Below are positions 26,392 through 34,373 of a stretch of 54,725 nt of DNA, piece by piece. The notes beneath the pieces are model-generated. The model was not told where the DNA came from, ran no database searches, and saw nothing but the letters and a program-made list of their open reading frames with translations. The position numbers were made by a program, and so were the translations under genes. Source of the DNA: Minisyncoccota bacterium (GTDB lineage Bacteria; Patescibacteriota; Minisyncoccia; Phycocordibacterales; XYD1-FULL-46-19); NCBI GenBank assembly GCA_018063065.1, contig JAGORB010000001.1, forward strand, positions 1 to 54,725, in the 5' to 3' direction. The first letter of the stretch is position 1. The number at the start of each line of letters is the position of its first letter.

Positions 26392-26467
26392 CCGTACACT
26401 ACCGTGCCCATCTACACCCCACCCGAGTGGACTATAGCCAGCGGCACCCGGCAGAAATACTTTTACA

Positions 26468-27076
26468 TTACGCCGCTTCTTTCACGACGTTTTCCATGAT
26501 TTCCCAGCTCTCAATCGTGAAGCGGCCGAAGGGTCCCTTGCACGACGGACGGAAATCACCGAGACCGATGTTACCGGCGCACTTCACCAACTGCTTGATG
26601 GTGTCTGGAGACACTCCATTGCCGTCGATCGTGAGGGTGAACTCGAATCCCCACGACATAAACTTGGGCCGGACGATGCAGACCGCTGTGCCGTCCTTGA
26701 GACGTCCGCGTCGCTTGTCCACGATCCAGCCGTCGTTTTCGGGCACCAGATTTGTAAACGGCAAAAAGGTCTCTTCGACTGACAACAAGGAGTACATCGT
26801 GGTTGTTTTGGCAGTTGAGATCTGATCCTTGCCGTGCTTCACCTTGCGACCGGCCTCGGCCATGCAGGCCAAGAGATTTTCCACCGGGATCCCGATTTTA
26901 CCGGATTCGGTGCACAGTTTTCTCTGGGAGATTTCTTCGACGGGCCGGTCTTTCATGATCGGGGCGCGATTGCCGGTTCGGAGTTCGTCGAGGATGTCTT
27001 CGGTCATCGGGTTCATGAGGTAAGGGGATACCCCCTTAATCTTGACCTTTACGTTCTGGATCTTGCTGACGGACAT
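26468..27076 (-). CDS. hypothetical protein (203 aa) with RAMP-like glycine-rich C-terminal motif
   Basis: The ATG at 27076 follows AAGGGAGGG with a 7-nt spacer; the track start (TTG at 27121) has no SD. The N-terminus reads KVKIKGVSPYLMN, the middle has GIPVENLLACMAEAGRKVK, and the C-terminus has AGNIGLGDFRPSCKGPFGRFTI. I could not assign a family with certainty. Confidence 0.75.
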   Translation of the reverse strand: MSVSKIQNVKVKIKGVSPYLMNPMTEDILDELRTGNRAPIMKDRPVEEISQRKLCTESGKIGIPVENLLACMAEAGRKVKHGKDQISTAKTTTMYSLLSVEETFLPFTNLVPENDGWIVDKRRGRLKDGTAVCIVRPKFMSWGFEFTLTIDGNGVSPDTIKQLVKCAGNIGLGDFRPSCKGPFGRFTIESWEIMENVVKEAA

Positions 27077-27192
27077 TCTATGTCCCTCCCTTGCAATGTA
27101 CAGGTCTCGTTGTGAGACCAACCGGATATATTCCTAGCATGGGCTTTGGATTGTGTCAAGTATGTGTTGTTATGTTATGATAGATCCTATCT

Positions 27193-28167
27193 ATGTGTTT
27201 TTGGCATAACTTAGAGAAACCGATTATCTGTCAGGCGCCGTTATATGATGTAACGGACGCCGCTTTTAGGCAGATTATTGCTAAGTATTCTAAGCCGGCT
27301 GGCCCGGACATCTTCTTCACTGAGTTTGTGTCGGCCGATGGACTGATGCACCCCAAGGGCCGCGAGAAGTTATTGCGAGAGCTTTATTATACCGAGGGCG
27401 AGCGGCCGATTGTGGCGCAACTCTTTACTAGTCGGCCCGAGAAGATGCGCGAGGCGGCTAAACTCTGTAAGGAGCTTGGCTTTGATGGCGTGGATATTAA
27501 TATGGGTTGTCCTGACGCCACCATAGAGAAACAGGGTTGCGGCGCCAATTTAATTAAACACCCGGAGCTGGCTAAAGAGTTGATTGAAGCGGCTAAAGAG
27601 TCTGGGCTTAAGGTCTCGGTTAAAACACGCTTGGGTTATAACCACATTGATTTAGACTGGATTAAATTTATTTTAGGTTGCAAGCCGGTGGCGCTCACGG
27701 TGCACTTGCGCACGCGGAAGGAGATGAGTAAGGTCCCGGCCCATTGGGAGGTAATGCCTGAGATTATGAAGTTGGCCGAGGGGAGCGGAGTAATCATTTT
27801 AGGCAATGGTGATGTGAAGACGCCAGTGGAGGCCAGAGAAAAATGCATTCAATATAAATGCGACGGGGTGATGATTGGGCGGGGGATCTTCGGCAACCCG
27901 TGGTTGTATGCGGAAACCGTTCCAACTAAAGAAGAGAGATTAAAAGTCTTGCTCGAGCATACCAAACTCTTCGCTGATATGTACCTGCCGGGGGAGACGA
28001 ATACTAAATTATTTAACGGGCACACTAAAAGCTTCGCCGTGATGAAGAAGCATTTTAAAGCTTATATCGATAACTTCCCCGGCGCCGCCGAATTACGCTC
28101 TAAACTGATGGAAGCGAATAGTGTAGAGGAGGTAGAAGAAATAATCGATAGTTATATTAGAGATTAA
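27193..28167 (+). CDS. dus: tRNA-dihydrouridine synthase
   Basis: 324 aa TIM-barrel flavoenzyme. Motifs include APLYDVTDAAFR, VAQLF, GVDINMGCP, HLRT and GNGD. Confidence 0.9.
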   Translation: MCFWHNLEKPIICQAPLYDVTDAAFRQIIAKYSKPAGPDIFFTEFVSADGLMHPKGREKLLRELYYTEGERPIVAQLFTSRPEKMREAAKLCKELGFDGVDINMGCPDATIEKQGCGANLIKHPELAKELIEAAKESGLKVSVKTRLGYNHIDLDWIKFILGCKPVALTVHLRTRKEMSKVPAHWEVMPEIMKLAEGSGVIILGNGDVKTPVEAREKCIQYKCDGVMIGRGIFGNPWLYAETVPTKEERLKVLLEHTKLFADMYLPGETNTKLFNGHTKSFAVMKKHFKAYIDNFPGAAELRSKLMEANSVEEVEEIIDSYIRD

Positions 28168-28198
28168 AAAACACCCAATTAAAAATTGGGTGTTTTTG
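28166..28198. terminator. bidirectional intrinsic terminator
   Basis: AAAAA-ACACCCAAT-taaaa-ATTGGGTGT-TTTT between convergent genes. Confidence 0.75.
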
Positions 28199-28205
28199 GT
28201 TAACC

Positions 28206-29036
28206 TTATTTCTTTGGCCAACCAATAGAACGCTCTGGCCCACGCCGTTTTGGCGGCGGAGCTGAAAGAAAAGCCTTTAAAAAAGTTATTTTCTTACGTT
28301 TTGCGTACAGGTGTAAATAGACTGAATCAGTAGGACATATTGGTTCCCCGTTAGGGCCTCTATTCCGACAACATTTACACATTGCTTGACACCAAGGCAT
28401 TGAACACTTTTCTAATTCGCCGGGTGCTGAAATTTGACCCTGAATTGCTTGAATAGCCCTCTCTTTCCAATTACATGGAGAACATTTAAAGCGATTATTC
28501 ATTCCATGAAGGTAAAGGCGACACCCTCCACAAACATAGACTCCCTGGGCGACCATAAACTTTGCCTTATTTAATACCTTGTTTTTACACCAAGGTAGCC
28601 CACAATCGACCTCACTGTATTTTGGTGGCTTATTTTTATGCCAACCTTTCTCGGGTAATTGAGCGAAGGCTTTTTCTAAGGGTATGTTTCTTCTCTTTGC
28701 CCATTCCCAAGTAGCCTCATAGCAATTACGGCAAACATGGTGCAGACCTATATGTCTCCTGTGTTGACCCTTGTTTCCTTCCTCAAACTTTACATCACAA
28801 CCTTTTCTGGCACATTTAGTCTTGATAGCGGGGAGGGTTTTCTTGGGTGGCGGTAGGGAGGAAAAAATTTCTCCCATTTCTTTACCATCAAGTTTAGCCT
28901 GCTCCCAAACATACTGATAACAAGCTCGGCAAAGTTGTTTGCTGTTAATCTGCCTAGCAGACTGACCAGTGGAAGCAGCAGTTGGCCGATGACACCACGG
29001 TGCGGCACAGATCATATTTCTGATTTCAACCTTCAT
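28206..29036 (-). CDS. Cys-rich protein with four tandem zinc-ribbon-like modules
   Basis: 276 aa. There are four repeats of C-x4-C-x(17-21)-C-x2-C: CAAPWC..CRAC, CARKGC..CRNC, CGLPWC..CGGC, and a degenerate CSMPWC..C. Several are followed by a W/Y-rich helix and an LP..PPK tail. Confidence 0.7.
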   Translation of the reverse strand: MKVEIRNMICAAPWCHRPTAASTGQSARQINSKQLCRACYQYVWEQAKLDGKEMGEIFSSLPPPKKTLPAIKTKCARKGCDVKFEEGNKGQHRRHIGLHHVCRNCYEATWEWAKRRNIPLEKAFAQLPEKGWHKNKPPKYSEVDCGLPWCKNKVLNKAKFMVAQGVYVCGGCRLYLHGMNNRFKCSPCNWKERAIQAIQGQISAPGELEKCSMPWCQAMCKCCRNRGPNGEPICPTDSVYLHLYAKRKKITFLKAFLSAPPPKRRGPERSIGWPKK

Positions 29037-29179
29037 TTCAGTCTCCTTTTCGTCTAACTATATTAGTAACAGATAAAACTATTCGTGTCAATGTAACTAG
29101 ATTGACAAATATTTAAATAAATGATAGTAATTAGAACTGAATTTTGGTCTTACAATACAAACCTTGAAAGGGAAAGATA

Positions 29180-29917
29180 ATGTTTAGACTCATCTTTAGT
29201 TGCGTTTTGGCGGTGATAATGTGTGGTTGTGGGAAGGAGAACTCTAACTTGGTTTCTCCTAAAGAGCTTAAAGTGCCAGTTGCGTCTCCGACGCAAGTCA
29301 TTCCGGCAGAAAACGATCTGAAAAAGGTCCATTATTTTGGGGAGAAAGTTGTTTTACCTCGATTGCTCAAATTAAGAAACGGAGAGCATTATGTGCCAGC
29401 TGTGCAAAAGGTGGCCAAGGATTTGCGCGAGAGGATCATTAAGCGCTTTGGTACCGACAAGCTTGATCTTGTTTTTACCGAGAGACAAGACCCTAACACT
29501 CCGCGCGTGGCAATGGGATCGAGAGTCTCGCCAGAAGGTGTCCCTTATATAGAGGTAGTGATCCCCTTCCTTCTTAGTACTTATGAAGAATGGTTGAAAT
29601 TGGGTGCGCCACTTGAATTGGTGGACCAAGTTTTTGATAACATGGTTACAGCCGCCTTCCTCCATGAGTGTTTCCATCTAACAGATACGTCGGACCTAGC
29701 TTTAACTCAATCGGTTTCAAGAGAGGATATGATAAAAGAGGAGGCGAAGGTGATTGCTTTAACCTGTGAGCATGTCATCCTGCCCTTATCCCAAGCTAAT
29801 ACTCCTCTCTGTGATTCCGATAAGGAGTATCTTCAAGAGTGGCTCAAGCTCAAAGATTATCCAGAAAAATGGCTAGAGTCAGTGTCTAAAGAATATACGG
29901 GCTTGTATGTAAAATAA
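29180..29917 (+). CDS. putative lipoprotein with HExxH zinc-metalloprotease motif
   Basis: 245 aa. Signal peptide with a lipobox-like VIMCGC, and an HECFH motif (AAFLHECFHLTD). Confidence 0.65.
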   Translation: MFRLIFSCVLAVIMCGCGKENSNLVSPKELKVPVASPTQVIPAENDLKKVHYFGEKVVLPRLLKLRNGEHYVPAVQKVAKDLRERIIKRFGTDKLDLVFTERQDPNTPRVAMGSRVSPEGVPYIEVVIPFLLSTYEEWLKLGAPLELVDQVFDNMVTAAFLHECFHLTDTSDLALTQSVSREDMIKEEAKVIALTCEHVILPLSQANTPLCDSDKEYLQEWLKLKDYPEKWLESVSKEYTGLYVK

Positions 29918-29998
29918 CACCGCTTACCAATGGCAACAAAAACCGTTGGAGGGCGGTTTTTGTTTGTTTAAAAGGGGAGGAGCTTATATACTCAAAAC

Positions 29999-30601
29999 AT
30001 GATCTATACCTTGGATTTACTAGGTATTCTGGCCTTCGCTTTTTACGGTGCTTATTTAGCCCAAAGACAAGGTTTTGATTTGTTTGGTATTGGTGTGACG
30101 GCTTTAGTAAGTAGTTTGGGAGGAGGGACTATTCGCGATTTGTTACTAAATGACTTGCCAGTTTACTTTATAAACTACCTCTATATTTTAGCGGTAATAG
30201 GGGGAGTAGTTTTATCAATTTTAACTTATAAAAAATTTACTCAATTACAAAATGCCATCTTATACATAGATGCTATTGGTCTCGTCACCTTCGCTTTTAT
30301 CGGTGCTGAAAAGGCAAGTAATGTTGGTTTAGGTTTGTTGGGTATTTTGTTTTTTGCCACTGTGAGTGCGGTGGGAGGAGGAATTTTAAGAGATGTTATG
30401 TTGGGTCGGGTGCCAGAGATTTTTTATCAAGATTTTTATGCCACGCCAGCTTTGATCTTAGGGGCGGGATATTATTTTTTATCTAGCTATTTAACAACCC
30501 TGTTCGCAGTTTGTGTACTTTTAATATTAGTCTATTTGATTAGAATTTTAGCCATTTATTACAAAATCCAACTTTGGAAGCCCCAGAAGGCTCTGTTATA
30601 A
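29999..30601 (+). CDS. UPF0126 / TRIC-family membrane protein (YadS/YicG-like)
   Basis: 200 aa. Two repeats carry the GGG(T/I)(I/L)RD(L/V) motif: SLGGGTIRDLLL and AVGGGILRDVML. Confidence 0.8.
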   Translation: MIYTLDLLGILAFAFYGAYLAQRQGFDLFGIGVTALVSSLGGGTIRDLLLNDLPVYFINYLYILAVIGGVVLSILTYKKFTQLQNAILYIDAIGLVTFAFIGAEKASNVGLGLLGILFFATVSAVGGGILRDVMLGRVPEIFYQDFYATPALILGAGYYFLSSYLTTLFAVCVLLILVYLIRILAIYYKIQLWKPQKALL

Positions 30602-30610
30602 TCGGTTGAT

Positions 30611-31645
30611 ATGGCGGAGGCTTTATATAGGAAATATCGGCCGAGCAAGTTTAGTGAGGTGGTAGGGCAAGAGCACATTGTGCCGCTCTTGGAAGCGGCG
30701 GTGAAGAGCGGTAAGACCGCTCACGCCTATCTCTTTACTGGCTCGCGCGGCACCGGCAAGACCTCGGTGGCTCGCATCTTGGCTCGTGCCTTGGGTTGTG
30801 AGCCTTCAGACTTGGTGGAGATTGATGCCGCCTCCAACACCGGCGTGGATGATATTAGAGAGTTGCAAGAGGGCGTGCGGACCATGCCCTTCCTCTCGCC
30901 TGTGAAGGTCTACATTATTGATGAGGTGCACATGCTCTCCAAGAATGCCTTCAATGCCCTACTTAAAACTCTAGAAGAACCTCCGGCTCATGTAGTATTT
31001 ATCCTCGCCACCACCGAGGTGCATAAAGTGCCAGAGACTATTAAATCACGGTGCGAGATCCACCACTTTAAATCACCAACGATTGAGATTTTAACTAAAG
31101 TTTTAACCAAGATTGCTAAGAGTGAAGATTTGAAGTTGGGGCGCGGGGTAGCTGAATTGTTGGCCGTATTGGGAGACGGCTCCTTCCGCGATGCCACCGG
31201 CTTGTTACAAAAAGTGGCTAACTTATCGGTGGATAAAGAAATTAGTTTAGAAGAAGCGGAGAGGGTAACCAGCGCTCCGTCTAATAAGATTGTCTGGACG
31301 ATTATTGAGGCGGTGAGCAATCACAATTTAGATAATGGCTTGAAGGCGGTGCGCGAGGCCGGCGCCGCTGGCAAGGATATGCGCACCTTGCTTAAACTTT
31401 TAATTAGAGAGGTGAGAGTTACCATGCTGTATGGCTTCTCGCCCAACTTGCAGAAGGAGTTGGCAGAGGAGTTGGGTGAGGAGGTAATAGCTAAGATTAA
31501 ACCGCTGGTAGCGAGTAAAGAATTGTTGGCCCTGTGGCCCAAGGTGTTGCGAGAATTCTTAGACGCTTATTTGCACAGCCTTACCTCGGCGGTGCCCGAG
31601 TTGCCACTAGAATTGGCTTTAATTAATTTATTGACTAAAGAGTAG
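30611..31645 (+). CDS. dnaX: DNA polymerase III subunit gamma/tau (short form)
   Basis: 344 aa. Motifs include YRKYRPSKFSEVVGQEH, AYLFTGSRGTGKTS, IIDEVHMLS and SRC. Confidence 0.92.
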   Translation: MAEALYRKYRPSKFSEVVGQEHIVPLLEAAVKSGKTAHAYLFTGSRGTGKTSVARILARALGCEPSDLVEIDAASNTGVDDIRELQEGVRTMPFLSPVKVYIIDEVHMLSKNAFNALLKTLEEPPAHVVFILATTEVHKVPETIKSRCEIHHFKSPTIEILTKVLTKIAKSEDLKLGRGVAELLAVLGDGSFRDATGLLQKVANLSVDKEISLEEAERVTSAPSNKIVWTIIEAVSNHNLDNGLKAVREAGAAGKDMRTLLKLLIREVRVTMLYGFSPNLQKELAEELGEEVIAKIKPLVASKELLALWPKVLREFLDAYLHSLTSAVPELPLELALINLLTKE

Positions 31646-31681
31646 AAGATTGGTAGGAATGGGTGTGGAAGGAGGGCAATT

Positions 31682-32227
31682 ATGTCCAATAAAACAGTTC
31701 TTGGAATAGATTTTGGCTGGACAATCTGTAAAATCATTAACGGCCGGCAGAAGAACCTGGCAGCGGAGATGCAGCCCAACTTCTTAGAGAACCCGTTTGT
31801 GGACGGGGCACCAGAAGTTATTAAGGAGTTGGTAGAAGTAATCGGCGCGAAGAATATGCATATTGTGTCCAAAGCAGATCTTCTCTCCGAGATACATATC
31901 AAAGATTGGTTGCGCGTTAATGGTTTCTGGACGTTGACGGGAATGATACCTTATGACGATCACCTGCACTTCTGCCGCGAGCGTAAGGAGAAGGCGGCGA
32001 TCTGCGAGAAGCTGGGGATTACCCACTTCATTGATGACCGGCTTGAGGTTTTGTATCACCTCCGGAGTGTGCCGACACGACTGGCACTTAATCCACGGCG
32101 TGAGGATCCGGATGAAGTGCCATTCTTCCGTAAGATGAAGGATGAAGATTGGGGGAGTCCATTCCCCATTCAGATTGCTCAGAATTGGATTGAGGCCAAG
32201 CGCTTCATTTTCCTCTCGATGCTATAA
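31682..32227 (+). CDS. hypothetical protein, possibly HAD-like with degenerate motif I
   Basis: 181 aa. GIDFGWT stands where DxDxT is expected, and there is a late HFIDD motif. The assignment is weak. Confidence 0.55.
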   Translation: MSNKTVLGIDFGWTICKIINGRQKNLAAEMQPNFLENPFVDGAPEVIKELVEVIGAKNMHIVSKADLLSEIHIKDWLRVNGFWTLTGMIPYDDHLHFCRERKEKAAICEKLGITHFIDDRLEVLYHLRSVPTRLALNPRREDPDEVPFFRKMKDEDWGSPFPIQIAQNWIEAKRFIFLSML

Positions 32228-32232
32228 GCCCC

Positions 32233-32265
32233 TAAGACCCCGTTTCGGCGGGGTCTTCTTTTTTA
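32233..32265 (+). terminator. intrinsic terminator
   Basis: AGACCCCG-tttcgg-CGGGGTCT followed by TCTTTTTT. Confidence 0.7.
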
Positions 32266-32291
32266 CTTTAAATTTATTACAATACTGGTAT

Positions 32292-32834
32292 ATGAATAAA
32301 ACTTGGGTGGGCGTGGGGGTAATTATTGTGGTGGTGGCCTTAGGCTACTTCTTAATGGGTGGAGACAAGCAGGCCAATAATCCTCCCGAGACTGATACTT
32401 ATACCTCGGCCAATTTAACCTTCACTTATCCTACTACTTACAATTTAACCGAGCGGGAGATTGGTAACGCCGAGCGCCTGCATAAGCAGCTCACTTTAAT
32501 TAATAAATCTGAAGAACCGCGTGAGATGAGCGAGGGGCCAACGGCCATCACCATTGATATTTATCAGAACAACTTAGACAAGTTAACGGTGGAAGGGTGG
32601 GTGAATGGCAGCAATGACTCCAACTTTAAATTATCACCCGATGGCAAGTTGGAGAGTCTTAGCTTTGCCGGGTTTAAGGCCTTAACTTATCAGTGGGATG
32701 GCTTGTATCGCGGCGAGACGGTGGCAGTGGCGACGCCGGATTATATTTATGCCTTCGCCGTTACCACCATCACGCCGGACGATGAGATCCGACGTGACTT
32801 CTACCAACTCTTAGAAACAGTGGATATCAAGTAA
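32292..32834 (+). CDS. hypothetical membrane-anchored protein (180 aa)
   Basis: The in-frame ATG at 32292 gives MNKTWVGVGVIIVVVALGYFL (TM anchor). The upstream part of the track ORF (32142-) crosses the preceding terminator and is rejected. Confidence 0.65.
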   Translation: MNKTWVGVGVIIVVVALGYFLMGGDKQANNPPETDTYTSANLTFTYPTTYNLTEREIGNAERLHKQLTLINKSEEPREMSEGPTAITIDIYQNNLDKLTVEGWVNGSNDSNFKLSPDGKLESLSFAGFKALTYQWDGLYRGETVAVATPDYIYAFAVTTITPDDEIRRDFYQLLETVDIK

Positions 32835-32925
32835 TAGACAAATTAATCATAGGAGTATACTTAAGTTAGAGTCTCTGGGCACAGGCGTAGACAACTTTGG
32901 GCCAGCTCGGCCAGAGGGAGGGTGT

Positions 32926-33231
32926 ATGTCCGATGAGATAGATCCCCATATTCAAGCGATGATCGATGAATTTGTCGCCGATCCTAAGGTCGGTCTTTCT
33001 GCTCTCATCGCTCGATGCTCTACTCTTGAAGAAGAACAGGTATTGCGTCGAGAGTTGATGGCCGCTCTAAGTATGGAAGAGTACTTCAATTGCATTAGGG
33101 TCAACGAATCTCTTCCTAAAATCGATCTTGATCCCAAAAGAATTCTTTTGGCCGCGCTTCAGTTCGATATGGGTATGAGTATGACAAGGTCTTCAGAAAC
33201 TTTTTCTCTTTCCAGTCTTTTGCCTACATGA
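32926..33231 (+). CDS. hypothetical protein (101 aa)
   Basis: SD GAGGGAGGG precedes the ATG. The stop is TGA, followed by a strong terminator (ACGGCGCGGGGT..ACCCCGCGCCGT + T-run). Confidence 0.6.
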   Translation: MSDEIDPHIQAMIDEFVADPKVGLSALIARCSTLEEEQVLRRELMAALSMEEYFNCIRVNESLPKIDLDPKRILLAALQFDMGMSMTRSSETFSLSSLLPT

Positions 33232-33378
33232 TGCGACGGGCAACACGGCGCGGGGTCCCCACACCCCGCGCCGTCTTTTTTGTTTGGTGACTGTATTATT
33301 GACTTTTTAATTAGTTAATGTAGAGTATTGGAAGTTCTTCGAAACAAAATTAAGTCAAACCAGTAGAAGGAGAAAGAG

Positions 33379-34002
33379 ATGAAGCAGAAGATTAAGCTAG
33401 AGGCAGAATTGGTTACGACCACTTGTATGCGGTTGTTTTTGGCAGACGCAAATAGTGAGTATCGGAATCGACCTTTCTATGAGGATAGTTATTGGACTGT
33501 GTCTCTCCCTGGAAATTCTTTACCCACCCACGAGGAGGCGTTAGCCTTTATTCGCAAAAAAGGGGTCCGTAAGAAAGAACCCGGTAAGCTCGGAAAGTAT
33601 GGCCCCATCATTCGTTTTAATAAATGGGGCAATGATGTCGTGTTCGCTTACCAGCTGGTTGAAGTAACCAAGATTGTGGACAATCGAAAAAAGTGGGGTC
33701 ACGAAAACCAGTCAACCACTAAAACTTCCAAAGTTTTATCCAAGAAAGTTTTTATCTTTGGGAAAATGGTGGGAAAGAAAAAGGTTTCCAGCCTGCTCAA
33801 ATTTGTCGATTCTCAGATGAAGGCATTGTCTGATGAGCGAGAAGATCACGATCGATTCGATAAACTTGGTGTTTCTGTCTATACCCCTATGGAGGGTAAG
33901 AAATTCCTCCGTCAAAGGAAACTCAAACAAGCTATTAAAATGGGCCCCGCCAACTTCGTACCTTATTCGCCCAAGATGATGGAATTTCGTCCTTTGCGGT
34001 AG
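33379..34002 (+). CDS. hypothetical protein (207 aa)
   Basis: SD GAAGGAGAAAG precedes the ATG. The product is basic, and I recognised no family. Confidence 0.6.
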   Translation: MKQKIKLEAELVTTTCMRLFLADANSEYRNRPFYEDSYWTVSLPGNSLPTHEEALAFIRKKGVRKKEPGKLGKYGPIIRFNKWGNDVVFAYQLVEVTKIVDNRKKWGHENQSTTKTSKVLSKKVFIFGKMVGKKKVSSLLKFVDSQMKALSDEREDHDRFDKLGVSVYTPMEGKKFLRQRKLKQAIKMGPANFVPYSPKMMEFRPLR

Positions 34003-34135
34003 TCACGATCCTTCCTTCAATTCTGTTTTTCAAGCCGGGACCAACCCGGTTTTAATTTTAAATTTAATTGAATAAACCCAATAAATATGTCATATTAGGC
34101 ACATTGCCGTGTGCTGCGAAGCCTCGGCGTAGCAG

Positions 34136-34186
34136 TGCCGGATCGTCTAACGGTAGGACAGCAGCCTTTGAAGCTGTTTATCTTGG
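34136..34186 (+). pseudogene. 5' fragment of tRNA-Gln (acceptor 5' strand through the 5' strand of the T-stem)
   Basis: These 51 nt are identical to positions 1-51 of the intact tRNA-Gln at 34256. The T-loop and the 3' acceptor strand are missing. Confidence 0.85.
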
Positions 34187-34190
34187 CCCG

Positions 34191-34373
34191 CCCCGTCACT
34201 AAGTTCACCGTCAATTTAAATAAGCAGGTAAATTTAAGTAGCTCGTGAATAGAGCTGCCGGATCGTCTAACGGTAGGACAGCAGCCTTTGAAGCTGTTTA
34301 TCTTGGTTCGATTCCAAGTCCGGCAGCTCTGCGCAGGAGCACAGTATTATCAATTAACAACTTAGTGACGGGG
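34191..34373. repeat. 15-bp perfect inverted repeat pair flanking the intact tRNA-Gln
   Basis: CCCCGTCACTAAGTT at 34191-34205 and AACTTAGTGACGGGG at 34359-34373. Confidence 0.9.
34256..34326 (+). tRNA. trnQ: tRNA-Gln (anticodon TTG)
   Basis: Acceptor TGCCGGA/TCCGGCA, D-arm GTC..GAC, anticodon stem GCAGC/GCTGT with loop CTTTGAA, T-arm CTTGG-TTCGATT-CCAAG, discriminator G. Confidence 0.88.

Noticed and set aside
24970-26825. Plus- and minus-strand track ORFs across the array (24970-25395 +, 25865-26119 -, 26349-26825 +)
   Set aside because: They run straight through the conserved hairpin cassettes or antisense to the SD-supported 203-aa gene. They have no SD, and their composition is low-complexity.
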